A stretch of 63,418 nucleotides of DNA, counting the filler, from Octopus bimaculoides (Eukaryota): assembly GCF_001194135.2 (NCBI RefSeq). It is 5 parts of 5 records of this genome, joined end to end, with 100 filler letters (N's around TTAATTAATTAA, not from the genome) between each part and the next. Parts side by side here need not be neighbours in the genome. Positions count along the whole stretch, not along the records: positions 1 to 23,016 come from NC_069002.1; positions 23,117 to 35,073 come from NC_068984.1; 3 more parts are not named here. One strand, written 5' to 3'. Position 1 is the stretch's first letter; every line of letters starts with the position of its first letter. Position numbers and translations under genes: made by a program. Shown here in pieces: positions 12,440 to 24,574 of the stretch. The notes beneath the pieces were generated by a model. It was given only the letters and a program-made list of their open reading frames with translations. It made no database searches and was not told the DNA's origin.

Positions 12440-13454
12440 CCAGGTATAGCTATCCATGTACTGTGCCGTATATTTTTACAGTCAGATGCCAATTAATTAA
12501 GACGTTCAACGGACCTACATTGTGAAGGTGAAGGCTGGGCATAAAGATAAAGTCTTTGATGATATTTGGTGTCAGTTTTTACTTTATAAGAAGAAGGCAA
12601 AGATTTTTATAAATAAGCTTCCACGTAATTGAGGGGTCATTTCCTATTCAGTCTGCACGGAATCATTGTGCGAAATTCTTCTTCAAACCGAGATCGCAGT
12701 TAGTGTGCCGAAAATTTTGACTCTAAATAATATATAAGTGAAGTTAATAGGGTTTTTTTTTCTGTTTTTCAATTACTAATTTGTATCTTCCATAATATAA
12801 TTCCTTATTTATTATCCGAAAAATCTTGTCTTGTAGAAAGAGCTTGTATTCAGAAATTTTGTAGCGCTTACGCTGCTAGTAAAGCTTCCATTAGCACGCG
12901 AGGTACGGGAAATATTATTTTTGTTTCCTGAAGTGTATACATTTCTGTGCCGCTGTTGATGTTACTGTTCTGGTTAGCATTGTTGTAATTGTTGCAGACT
13001 ATGAAAATATCACCACCTCGGGCTAGTCATGCTAGCGTTTTTAGCTGTTAAATTATTTGCTTTTTGTTCATATTCAACATTAATAACTTGCTTTACAATA
13101 CAATTGTTTTAGTCTTTTACATATATGTTTGTTCTCAGTTTGTGAACTATGCTATTTTGTTCATGGTTAATATTCATTTGGGGTCGTATCTAGAAGACGT
13201 CATCTTAGCAGGAAACTACACAGAGATGAAGAAATAAAATAATTATAAACAAAAGAACCGACATTATGTCTACCTCGATATGGGGTAGACACCGAAAAGT
13301 TGGAAAGAACTGATTGTGACGAATTCGAAGGAAAAAATGTTTTCACTTTGACTGGCAAAACAGAAAGATATTATCAAATCACCAAAACATTATGAGTGCA
13401 TGCACTCATAATTCTACATTCAATAATAATAATAATAATAATAATGATGATGAT

Positions 13455-13672
13455 AATTTCAGATTCTGGCACAAGGCCAGCAATTTCGATCGATGAGGCA
13501 AATCGACTGTATCGACCTCAGTGCTCAACTGGTATTTAGTTTCTCGACCTCGGAAGGATGAAAAGAAAAGTCAAACCCGGAGGCATTTTGAATTCATACC
13601 ATAAAGACGAATGAAATGTTGCTAAGCATTTTTCCCGGTGGGTGTGGCTAACAATTCTGCCAGCTCATCACC
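13455..13672 (-). mobile_element. SINE family A
   Basis: GGCACAAGGCC...ATCGACCTCAGTGCTCAACTGGTA...GCTAAGCATT...TCTGCCAGCTC; embedded in (AAT)n. Confidence 0.85.
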
Positions 13673-13674
13673 GG

Positions 13675-13713
<39 letters not shown>

Positions 13714-14959
13714 GGAAAAATACACCAGGAAAGTGTAGATAGTGGCCACACAACAATACCAAATAATATAAACACTGAGATAGTAAAACACGAAGACAAA
13801 TGTAACATTTCCACCAAAAACGAAGTAGATAAACAACAACAAGCCCTGACCGCAGAGATGTATAAAAATGTACATAAAGCACCAATCCAGAACACCACAG
13901 ACAAACATATGAATGAAAAGGAAGGCGAAACGAATCTAAAACCTGGAAACAACGAAGGGAAACCTAATTATTATGATACTATAAAAATGAGAATAATCAA
14001 AGAACTGAAAACCACAGATCTCAGAATGTACCACAAATTACACCTCCCAAAAATCAAAATAGACAATAAAACAACGTCAATAATAAATAGCATAAACCTG
14101 GCCGTCACGGAACTAACAACCACAGAAACAACAGGCAATATCACTGAGCTAAATGACATAATATATGCAGCAGCCACTGCAGCCACAAAAGAAGCAGGAT
14201 ACTCCCTCAAACCCATCCAAACAGGAGTTCCACGACCCAAACAAACCTTGTGGATAAATAACATCCAGAACAAAATTTAAAAAAAGAGAAAAGATCTATC
14301 GATTCTCAACGAAATTAGTAGACAATCAACACAACTAAGTAACAAGAAGAAAACAAAAATACTGTACAAATACAACATTACAGAAAAAGATTTGCCTGAG
14401 GTAAAAGAAAAGCTAAAGCAAGATATCCTTGCCAAAGCACAAAGGATCCGCCGGTATGAGAAACGCCAACGTTTCTTTGAACAAAACAAACAATTCAAAT
14501 CCAACCCCAAGATCAGGCTCTCGCTACCAATTCAGTGAAGAATAACATCTATAAAAAATTTCTGACACCCAGAAATGCAGACTCTGTGGAAAGAGTGTGG
14601 AAAATGTGATCCACTTGGTAAGTGGATGTGAGACCCTTGCGCAAAATGGGTACAGGCAACGCCATGATAAAGTGTGTGTGTGTGTGCGTATCTTCATTGG
14701 CACTTATGCCGTAAATACTAATATGAAGTAGCAGAGAACTGGTGCAAAAATGTACCAAGTAAAGTTATACAGCATTCTCTTTACTTGTTTCAGTCATTTG
14801 ACTGCGGCCATGCTGGAGCACCGCCTTTAGTCGAGCAAATCGACCCCGGGACTTATTCTTTGTAAGCCTAGTACTTATTCTATCGGTCTCATTTGCCGAA
14901 CCGCTAAGTGACGGGGACATAAACACACCAGCATCGGTTGTCAAGCAATGCTAGGAGGA

Positions 14960-15023
<64 letters not shown>

Positions 15024-15669
15024 ATATACGACGGACTTCTTTCAGTTTCCGTCTACCAAATCCACTCACAAGGCTTTGGTCGGCCCGAGGCTATAGTAGA
15101 AGACACTTGCCCAAGATGCCACGCAGTGGGACTGAGCCTGGAACCATGTGGCTGGTAAGCAAGCTACTTACCACACAGCCACTCCTGCACCATATAAAAG
15201 TAAATATACTCTGGGAGTATGGGAGTATATTCCGAGAGTATGGTTTTCTGACGGATCGTGTAATCGAACACCGTCAGCTGGATATTGTCATATTGAATAA
15301 GAGTGACAAATACTGTCAGATCATTGATGTAGCCATACCAAATGACATGAATGTCGTGAGTAAAGAGGTTGAAAAAAATCACCAAGTGCTCCGAATTGAA
15401 AGTGGAAATGGCAAGACTGAATGGAATGCGACAGGGTAATGTAAAAGTGATACCAGTGGTGATCTGAGCATTGGGCTCAATTCCTTTGAAACTTCAAGAC
15501 TTCTTAAGGCAACTGGAAATCCCGTGCAAGATTGATGTCTTTCAAAAAGCAGCCTTATTGGGCACAGCAAACATCTTAAGGAAACTATTATCTGTCTGAG
15601 GTCCTTGTTGTGACTTGACAGATGACTAAAAACTCCGGTGCATTTTTATCTACACTGTGTTACGAAGGA
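13714..15669 (+). mobile_element. R4/Dong-like RLE retrotransposon lacking the entire RT domain; interrupted by a SINE B
   Basis: The pre-RT region (LWINNIQNKI...LKQDILAKAQRIRRYEKRQRFFEQNKQFKSNPK) runs straight into QDQALATNS...CRLCGKSVENVIHLVSGC...RHDKV (CCHC). After the SINE it resumes as IKVNILW...DIVILNK...IIDVAIPND...KEVEK (RLE) and QKAALLGTANILRKLLSV*. (AAT)n arrays lie on both sides. Confidence 0.9.
14776..15191 (-). mobile_element. SINE family B, full length, CpG-intact (tRNA head, CORE-like segment, internal microsatellite)
   Basis: Reverse complement begins GGTGCAGGAGTGGCTGTGTGGTAAGTAGC (A-box), GGCTCAGTCCC (B-box-like), TGGCATCTTGGGCAAGTGTCTT (CORE-like), and ends CATGGCCGCAGTCAAATGACTGAAACAAGTAAAGAGA. 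It may be one of the described octopus SINEs (OR-type); not verified. Confidence 0.92.
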
Positions 15670-15737
15670 ATAATAATAGTAACAACAACAACAACAAAAA
15701 CAATAACAACAACAACAGCAACAACAACAACAACAAC

Positions 15738-15791
<54 letters not shown>

Positions 15792-15792
15792 T
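15670..15792. repeat. (AAC)n/(AAT)n array at the 3' end of the RLE element
   Basis: Directly visible. Confidence 0.95.
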
Positions 15793-17183
15793 GATAACTA
15801 TCTTCTGTCATTACAAGATTATTAAGTGACAGCTGGGTGACAATTTCAAAATATCTCAGGGCTTGGATGACGTATTTCTTAATGCAAAGAGTCGTATGAT
15901 ATACAAAGCATTCAAATTCTAAACAAAAAAAATTAAACATATTGAAATATATCATGTAAGTAATTTCCATTTGGTGAATTTGATGGCACTTCTGCTATGT
16001 GTTTTTTTTTGTTATTGTTGTTGTTGATGCTGTTGTTGTTGTTGCTGTCGTTGTTGTTGTTGCTGCGGTCTAGTACCAGGGCAGCCGCCACCATTCCACA
16101 ATTTCCTTCACGTATAATGTGTCTACAATTTCATTATGTTAAGTGTTTGGTCGTTTTGTTTGCTTTTTTCATAGCACCCTGACATGTTTTACGAATTCCT
16201 AGACGAGCCCTCCATTTATTTATTATTAAAACTTATTAAATAATATTATTACAAAGTTTAAAATAGTTTCGTACGTCTAGACAGAAATATCAATTATTTT
16301 TAGTCAATATCGAAGAACAGAATTGTCACCTTCATGGTTTTCCCACGGGCTTTATCAGCGTATTTGAACCGGAATCAATCGAGATTAGAAATTGCACCTT
16401 CGAAATTAAATCACCAGAAACTTACGTCTTCCTTTCCAAAACTCCCCAGAGTATCTATAAATATTATTTCCTCATATTAATATTATTCAATCGAAATGTT
16501 TTCAATTCCGTTTTCTGCGACACTATAATTTTAGATAATATCGCATATAATATTATGTATTGTGAATGTATCTGAAAGTGGACAAAGGCATAACTGCTGG
16601 ATAAAATCGAATTGCTGCAAGTTATGAAATTAGGTTTTTATATGTTCATAGCCCCATTTCGTTGGTTTTCATATTAAATGAAATGACTACAACTAAAGTA
16701 ACTGACAGAAAAGGGTGGTGAGATAATAAAGTATTCTCTCGTTCAACATTTCTCTTTATTAAATCGACTAAAGGGAGGATATCTATCAAATGCGCTTCTA
16801 CAACACCCCAACATTTCCTTATAAACAATTTAGATTCATATTTTGATACGATATATCACTCAGATACGAATGAGATGAAGAGTAGCAGTTTGGTAGAGTC
16901 ATTTGAACTTCGGTGCTTGCTGTATACGTATTTGTTGTATATCTTGCTGATCTTCAAGTCTTCAGATCGAACCTCGTCGAGGCAATATTCACTTCCATCC
17001 CTTCGAAGTCGATAACATAAAATACAAATCATTATTTAGATATATTTAATCGACTTCTCAGCATGTAATGGGCTAACAAAATACGGAGGTACCCATATTC
17101 CCGTAGACTTGAGATTCCATTACATCGAGTGACGTCTATTGCCGTCACATCACTATTCTGGAACAAAACGGAACAAAGATCAT

Positions 17184-17413
17184 TCCCGAACCATATATGC
17201 TCATGAGGCCAGTTTCTCGAATTCTGTGGTGTATATATTTTCCAGTTTAGAGGTCTGGAGTTGCGTGAAATTAAGTATTTTGCACAAAAACACAACGATT
17301 CGCCCGTTCCAAGCATCGATACCACAATCTTACGATCATGAGTGTCACACCCTAACCCTAACCCTAACCCTAACCCTAACCCTAACCCTAACCACTAAGC
17401 CATGCACTTCCAC
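17184..17413 (-). mobile_element. SINE family C carrying an internal telomeric repeat
   Basis: Reverse complement reads GTGGAAGTGCATGGCTTAGTGG(TTAGGG)7TGTGACACTCATGATCGTAAG...AAACTGGCCTCATGAGCATATATG, colinear with the copy at 57100-57335. Confidence 0.8.
17350..17391. repeat. Interstitial telomeric repeat (CCCTAA)7
   Basis: Seven perfect hexamers counted directly. Confidence 0.97.
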
Positions 17414-18880
17414 CACATCGCTATTATTTACCTGTAATATTTTATATTGTCACAAATATACCGAATACACGCGCAAAAGTATTTTATCTTCATACATACG
17501 TTCTCTTTCATAGCGTATCTCATTAAAGAGAGATTACGCAAAAGAAATAAGAATGTCAGAATGTGTGGAATGAGGCGGTAAGGCAGAAAGTTAAATCCAG
17601 CATAATCTTTTCTTTTCATCCTTTTCACTTGGTATGATGTTGATGAAACAGAAATACTAATATACTTTGGTTAATTCAAATGAATGTATATCCACTCTTA
17701 TATAATTTAGATATTCAAACAATCCACGGTTGCTACCTTTGATATTATCGCCCCTTTTCTCCTCGTTGACCTTATCCAAAACGTTTCTTTCCTTCTCATA
17801 GCAATGCCATTTTAGAATGAAATGTCATTAATAACGATCAGCAAACAGTTTCGCTGATGTAGTCAGTTATTGACAACCTTAAGAAAGACCTATAATGCAG
17901 TTGCAATGCTATGTAATTTTAGCGATTTAGTTCCAAATTATAGCGTGACCTTCATCCCCAGAGCGACCTCATCTTTTGGATTGGATAGTCTGTATTTCAC
18001 CATACGTGATACCCATCACCACCACCCGCATCGATATTACCAATGTATACTAACCAAATTTCATCTCCCGTGTTTTTCTGCTGCATTAAATTCCAAAAGG
18101 AAATATATGCGTAGAAATGAAACTTGTAGAATATGTAAGTTGAAACAATGAGAGACTTGAAGAACAAAAAGGAAACGGACAAAACAAATAACTAGGAAGA
18201 GAAGGAATAACAAAACCAATTCATTTGGGAAATAAAGGGCGTTGGTTGTATCTGACAGAAACTTGAAACGGGGAAAGACAAAGATTGAGAGAAGTCAGAC
18301 AGAGAGCAAACGCCAAATGTGTGGAAAAGAGGAGTAAAGTATTAAGCATTTCGTGAGTGCAACAAATAGCACAAAACGATTATAAATGCTGGTATAACCA
18401 TGTCAGTAAAAGAGTGAATCTCGGTGATAACCAAGTTTGCAAATTCGAAGTGACAGAAAAGATAGCATCAAGAGATACAGGCTGTGTTGAAGGATGGTAA
18501 TGACAGGACTTCTCCGTAGAGATAAAGCAAATTATTGAAGCAAGGATGCCAGATATGACTGTAGATGAAAAAACAAATAATAAAACTGTAAAGTAATAGA
18601 CATTGTAATACCATATGATGGAAGAATGGACATAATAAATCATAAAACTATAATATATATGTGTGTGTGTTTATATATATGTACGTATATGTTTGTGCGT
18701 ATTCGCATAGACGTACATATATACCATGAACATATCTTTAAACAAAAATGCGCATTATATATATATATATATATATATACAAACAAGCATATGTATGTTT
18801 TTATGTAACGTTGTGTGTAAGTAAATGCGGAACAGATATTTTGCCTGAATATTATGTCAATTATGTAATCCTTAGAAAAT

Positions 18881-18916
<36 letters not shown>

Positions 18917-20111
18917 ACACACACACATACACACNNNNNNNNNNNNNNNNNNNNNNNNNNNNNNNNNNNNNNNNNNNNNNNNNNNNNNNNNNNNNNNNNN
19001 NNNNNNNNNNNNNNNNNNNNNNNNNNNNNNNNNNNNNNNNNNNNNNNNNNNNNNNNNNNNNNNNNNNNNNNNNNNNNNNNNNNNNNNNNNNNNNNNNNNN
19101 NNNNNATATATATATGAGCACACATACATACATACATATACGCGCACAATATATCTCTATATATCTATCTATATATATATATGTGCGTGTGTATAGATAG
19201 ATATATAAGTATATATTTATATATATATATATATACATATATACATTTACATATATATATGCACACACACATACACATATATATGTATGTATGCATGTGT
19301 GTATGTATGTATGCATGTATGTATGTATGTATGTATATATGTATGTATGTATATATATATATTTGTATGTATACATGTATGCATGTATATATGTAGGCGT
19401 ATATGTATGTATGCATTCTAAGAAAAGAATACAATTACCATGAAACACTGATTCTTCCGATATTCTGACGACCATTAATGTGCATGATACTGCCCTGACT
19501 TGGCATCATTCTAACTTAATCTTGGCATTAATGGATACATATTCAAAATCATTTCATATAATCGCTTATCTCACCTGGGATCCACCTTATACTTACTTCA
19601 TCGTTGAATATGAAATTTACAGTTTTTCTCACCTTTATTGTTATTTTATAGTTCTTATTTTTTGTCATTTTATTTTTTGCTAAGTTGCAGCATATTTACA
19701 TACATTGGTTGCCCACTAGAAAGTAGTAAGTTGTCTCATAATGCAATTATATGTACCATGTGGTTACGATATATCAATCATCAGTAACACTGCTATTCAC
19801 CTTATAAACTACCACAGGGCGTTACAAAAAATAGAAATTCAATTATTATTTCATAGGCGACTTCACATAACAATTTGTTTTCATCTAAAGCTTTGGAATA
19901 AAACATTTCACGGTTGAACTCCTGAAGGAGACTCTAATACCAAAACAAACCGAGTCAATTAAATGGAGAAATTGATGAGCTCTATCTACATAGAGATGTA
20001 ATTTCATCTGTAGTTACAGCATAATAAAATAAAATAACAGTAACAACAACAGCAACATCAATAACAACAGTAATAATAATAGTAATAATAATAAATAAAT
20101 AAATAAATAAA

Positions 20112-20323
20112 TAATCCTTTCTGCTGGTAGCACAAGGCCTCAAATTTGGGGGAAGGAATTAAGTCGATTACATCGACCGCAGTGCATAACTGCTACTTGT
20201 TTAATTGACCCCGACACGATGAAAGGCAAAGTCGACCTCGGCGGCATTTGAACTCAGAATACTAATAGCAACAACAACAACAATAACAACAACAACAACA
20301 ACAACAACAGCAACAACAACAAC

Positions 20324-20385
<62 letters not shown>

Positions 20386-20419
20386 TGATGATGATGATGA
20401 TGATTACGACGACGACGAC

Positions 20420-20460
<41 letters not shown>

Positions 20461-20465
20461 CGAGG

Positions 20466-20524
<59 letters not shown>

Positions 20525-20929
20525 CGTTTCTACTAAATTTGGTGGGAGGGGCTAGTCGATTAGATCGACCCGCAGTACGTAACCGGTGCTTAATTTATCG
20601 ACTCCGAAACAATGAAAGGCAAAGTCGACCTCGGCGGAATTTGAACTCAGAAAGTAGTGACGGGTGGAATAACGGTAAGCATTTCCTTCAGCGTGTTAAC
20701 GATTATAATGATAATGATTTCGAATTTTACTACAAGAGCAGCCATTTTTGGGGAGAAGATGTGTTGATTACATGAACGCCAATATTCAACTGGTACTGAA
20801 TTTATCGATCCTGAGAGCAGGAAATGTAAAGTCGACCTCGGCGGAATTTGAACTTTGAACGTAACAGAAGACGAAATAGCGCAAAGCATTTCGCCGGCGT
20901 GCAAACGATTCAGCCAGCTCGCCGCCTTA
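20112..20929 (-). mobile_element. Three head-to-tail SINE family A copies (20112-20260 lacking its head, 20522-20706, 20712-20929)
   Basis: Three AAAGTCGACCTCGGCGG(A/C)ATTTGAACT cores in the same orientation, separated by trinucleotide arrays. Confidence 0.88.
20262..20523. repeat. Compound (AAC)(AAT)(GAT)(GAC)(GAT)(AAT) trinucleotide array
   Basis: Directly visible. Confidence 0.95.
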
Positions 20930-20953
20930 AATAATAATACGAATAATAATACA

Positions 20954-21025
<72 letters not shown>

Positions 21026-21026
<1 letters not shown>

Positions 21027-21570
21027 TGCAGTCCCAGGCAGTAGTTTTGTGGCTTCTCATCTTAAATGATTGGAAGTGTTATCATGTACATTGTTTTGTC
21101 TTGGTATAAAAGATGAACTATAGCAAATATTCTGTTCAGTACCACTGATTTGCTTGTCAGTTGTTTGACCATAACCAGTTGAGCATGTCCCTTAGTGGCT
21201 GACGATGTGTGCATCTCTGATCACGAGCAGGAGTATTGGAGGGAGCATCATAACCATGTGTTGAAAAGAATTCGTTAAGGTTTAAATAAATCACTTTTGG
21301 AAGCATGGGTGCTTCGTTCAACATCCTTAAACACACCTTATTCAAGGAACTTTTCAGCGGGATGGGCTATTCGACCTGGAGAAACTTCTAACTGGGAAAC
21401 ACCTGCAAGGTCATGCACTGTTGATCTGAATATGAGATCAACCTGTCGCGCACATATGATTCATGATTCATGTGCTTGATGTACCCTTATCAAACGGGTA
21501 GTCATGATAGGTATATTGGGCTTCGTATATTTCATCCCAGTGTCATTTTGATGGCATGCACTGCTCTCTC
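21026..21570 (+). mobile_element. Unclassified ~500-550 bp interspersed repeat, copy 2
   Basis: Matches the reverse complement of 584-1085 and carries ~45 extra bases near the 5' end. Preceded by (AAT)n at 20929-21025. Confidence 0.85.
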
Positions 21571-21585
21571 AATCAACAACAATAC

Positions 21586-22692
21586 TAGGATGACTGGATA
21601 TTAAGACTTATTTCATAGAACATGTGCAAGAAAGCATCATATTCAGTAACGTAACAAGCAAAGGAATATCTAAGTGGAAACAAGCACAGAAACTAAGCGT
21701 ATGAAAACCCGTGCTGAAACTGCTGCCTTACATATTCTTACTGATAAATGGTAAGAAAACCTTTCAATGGCAAATACCCAAAGATAGCTAATAATGCTGA
21801 TGTTGACAAAGCCCTTACCCATGAATGGCTAGTGGCTTCTGGCTTAAAATCGGAAACAGAAGGGTTTATCATTGCAGCCCAAGATCAATGCCTACATACA
21901 TGGAGCTACCAGGTCAACACATTAAAGAACGGCAGTAGCCCAACATGTCGTGCATATAAACAACAAAGTGAAACTACTGATCATGTGCAGTCTTCTCGCG
22001 CCTACAGAATTTCTCAACAGGCATGATAGGGCAGCACTGTATGTTCACTGGGTAATTTGCAAAAACCTGGACCTGTCCCATGATAAACACTGGTGGGAAA
22101 ACAAACCACCTCCAGTGTTTAAAAGCGATCACATCTCACTCTTCTGGAACTTCACTATTCAAACTGACAGAAAGATAGATGCGAATAGGCCAGACATTGT
22201 ATTGAAAGACTTTAGACAAAAATCATGCCTCCTCATTGATGTGACTGTCCCAATCGATATAAACGTATCTGTTAAGACCTATCAAAACCTGAGCAAGTAT
22301 AAAGATCTTGAAATATAAATTGGCAAAATGTGGAAGCTGAAGACTAAAACAATACCTATTGTCATAGGTTCCCTAAGAACGATAGCAAAAGGGGTTGATT
22401 GCTACCTAGCTCAGATACCAGGAACCCCCAAAATGGCAAAAATTCAAAAGATAGTGTTCATGGAAACTGTCCATATCCTACGTAAAGTACTGTCCATATA
22501 ATCACAAATTTTAAAATAAACTTATAATTTTCTTGTTTCCTTAAACATTCTCCAGAACAATACTTTGTGCAAAAATAAATATATGACACCCTAGGCATAA
22601 CACCAAAATGAACTTCTAACTTGATGTCTCTTAAGGTCATTGGGTAAGACTTGGAGCCAATTTGTACAAATACAAGGCAAAAGTCAAACATA
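21586..22692 (+). mobile_element. R4/Dong-like RLE retrotransposon, 3' fragment (second subfamily)
   Basis: GLKSETEGFIIAAQDQCL...TCR...ETTDHV...RHDRAALYVHWVICK...IQTDRKIDANRPDIVLKD...LIDVTVPID...SKYKDLEI, i.e. the PD-(D/E)xK RLE motif, then HILRKVLSI*. The 3'UTR ends in (AAT)n. Confidence 0.93.
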
Positions 22693-22693
22693 T

Positions 22694-22717
22694 AATAATA
22701 ACAATAATAATAATAAT

Positions 22718-22797
<80 letters not shown>

Positions 22798-22811
22798 TAA
22801 TAATAATAATA
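22694..22811. repeat. (AAT)n/(AAC)n array
   Basis: Directly visible. Confidence 0.95.
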
Positions 22812-22814
22812 TTT

Positions 22815-23016
22815 TTAAAAGGATTGACGTAACTCTTCACAAAGGTAAACAGTGAAGACGAAGAGCGCGATTCGATTGTAAGATATTTTATTAGTTGAAC
22901 GATATTCCAACACTAAGTCTGTCTTTGTCAAGTTCAAAATAAGAAGTGATAAAAATTCACAATTACAGAAATTTAAACGTAAAGTATGAGCGAGAGGAAC
23001 TAGTGTCCACACGTTG
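22815..23016. mobile_element. Kolobok-like MITE, copy 2 (cut by the linker gap)
   Basis: TTAA(A)AGGATTGACGTAACTC terminus; colinear with 1133-1275 (forward) and 1450-1549 (reverse). Confidence 0.6.
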
Positions 23017-23116
23017 NNNNNNNNNNNNNNNNNNNNNNNNNNNNNNNNNNNNNNNNNNNNTTAATTAATTAANNNNNNNNNNNNNNNNNNNNNNNNNNNN
23101 NNNNNNNNNNNNNNNN
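23017..23116. other. Artificial 100-bp scaffold linker
   Basis: Exactly 44 N + TTAATTAATTAA + 44 N. Confidence 0.97.
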
Positions 23117-23446
23117 ATATATACATATATATATACATATATATGGATATATATATATGAATGTGTATGCACACATATGTGTGTACAAACACATCTTTTT
23201 GTCTGTATGCTTGATTGCAATTGTGCTTCTCTGGCAATTGCTGATCTACAAGTGGTGGCATTGTTGTAATTTTCCCCTGTCAGCAAATCATTTGCTGGAT
23301 TTTGGCCTTGAAAGACATGTGGAATAAGGGATTGTTTACTTTGAAAAAGAGGTTAGGGTTAGTGACAGGAAGAGCATCCAGCTGAAAAATAATGCCTCAG
23401 CAACATATTCTTGTCTATCCTATGTTAGCATAGAGAAATGGATATA

Positions 23447-24334
23447 TGAAGGGGTATCGAAAAGAAACAAGAATTTTGCAATATTATTTTATTCACTTAA
23501 TTTTACATGTTTATACTTTTTTGCTTTCAAAATATTCTCGATTTGAAGCAATCCGCCAGTCCAGATGCGTTTTCCACTGTTCAAAGCAGTCTTAGAACAC
23601 TTGCGAAATGATGTCTTTTAATGCCTCTCTTGTTTTTTTTTTCTTAATCTCTTCCACATCTGCAAATTCTATAGCACCAGCTTTCATCATGAGTGATAAC
23701 CTTCAAAAAAAAAAACCAAAAAAAGGTCCTGATCAACTTCCGACTGTTCTTTCAATTCACAACATGCATTCAGTTATGACTGCTTTTGATCTTCCAAGAG
23801 CAAACAAGGTACAAATTTTGCTGCAACTCTTTTCATTCGCAATTCCTTACTCAAAATTCATTGGCAGGAGCACTAGGACACACCAGTCATATTAACAAGT
23901 TCATCAATTGTTTGGCGATGACCCTCCAAGATCAGTTCATGAATCTTTGTGATGTTTTCATTCAGTCAGGAGGTCAACAGTTTCCCCGAATGAGGTTGGT
24001 CTTCAGGTAACAATTGACCATTCCTAAAATGTGAAAACCACTCATAAATTTGTGTTTTGCTCATGGCAGCATCCTTGTAAGCTGTTTGAAGTATGACAAC
24101 TGTTTCAGCTACCGTTTTTCTCCAACAGAAAACAAAATTTCATGGAATGGAAGCATGCTGTTCCTTTGTTTCAACTATTACAAAAATCGATGAATAGGAG
24201 AGAAACACTGCAAAACAAAGCTACACTATGTGGCAGTACAACTTCACTCAATGTGGCTTCTAGTGGTGGAAGCCTGAACTAGAATAGGCTTGTTTCACAG
24301 AGAACGTTTCCAGTTACTTTTGGGTGCCTCCTTG
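23447..24334 (-). mobile_element. Internally deleted mariner-family transposon
   Basis: TA on both flanks and degenerate TIRs. Minus strand reads KFCFLLEKTVAETVVILQTAYKDAAMSKTQIYEWFSHF...KRVAAKFVP...KVITHDESWCY, then jumps to the C-terminal FADVEEIK...CFEQWK...EYFE. Several stops. Confidence 0.9.
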
Positions 24335-24574
24335 TAACAATGAATGAAAAACAAGTTAAGATATATGTGTATGTATATATATATATATATATATATATAC
24401 AGGGTGACCTGAAAAAACACTACAAAGGTCCAGCAAATTTTAAGAAATTTGCTGGACTTAAACTTCGGCCTGTGTATTATCATTCCCTTTGCATAAAAGT
24501 CATGTTCTTTTCAAAATATGCTCCAAATGGCATACGTCGTGCAAAATTGTCAATTACTCGAACACAATCCTCTT

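Noticed and set aside
14776-15191. tRNA-like A/B boxes here and in the other SINE heads as tRNA genes
   Set aside because: No complete cloverleaf; each continues into a repeated SINE body.
17350-17391. A true telomere or chromosome-fusion site
   Set aside because: Only 7 units, one orientation, embedded in a SINE.
18380-18643. Minus-strand ORF with a transmembrane-looking stretch (YYFTVLLFVFSSTVISGILASIICFI)
   Set aside because: The hydrophobicity follows from the T/C-rich strand composition. No convincing splice sites or family motif.
21195-21235. CTGACGA as a hammerhead ribozyme core in the unclassified repeat
   Set aside because: No GAAA after a plausible stem II in either copy (GAGC and GAAC instead).
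23061-23072. TTAATTAATTAA as a conserved homeodomain-binding element
   Set aside because: It is always centred in exactly 44+44 N, so it is a synthetic linker.
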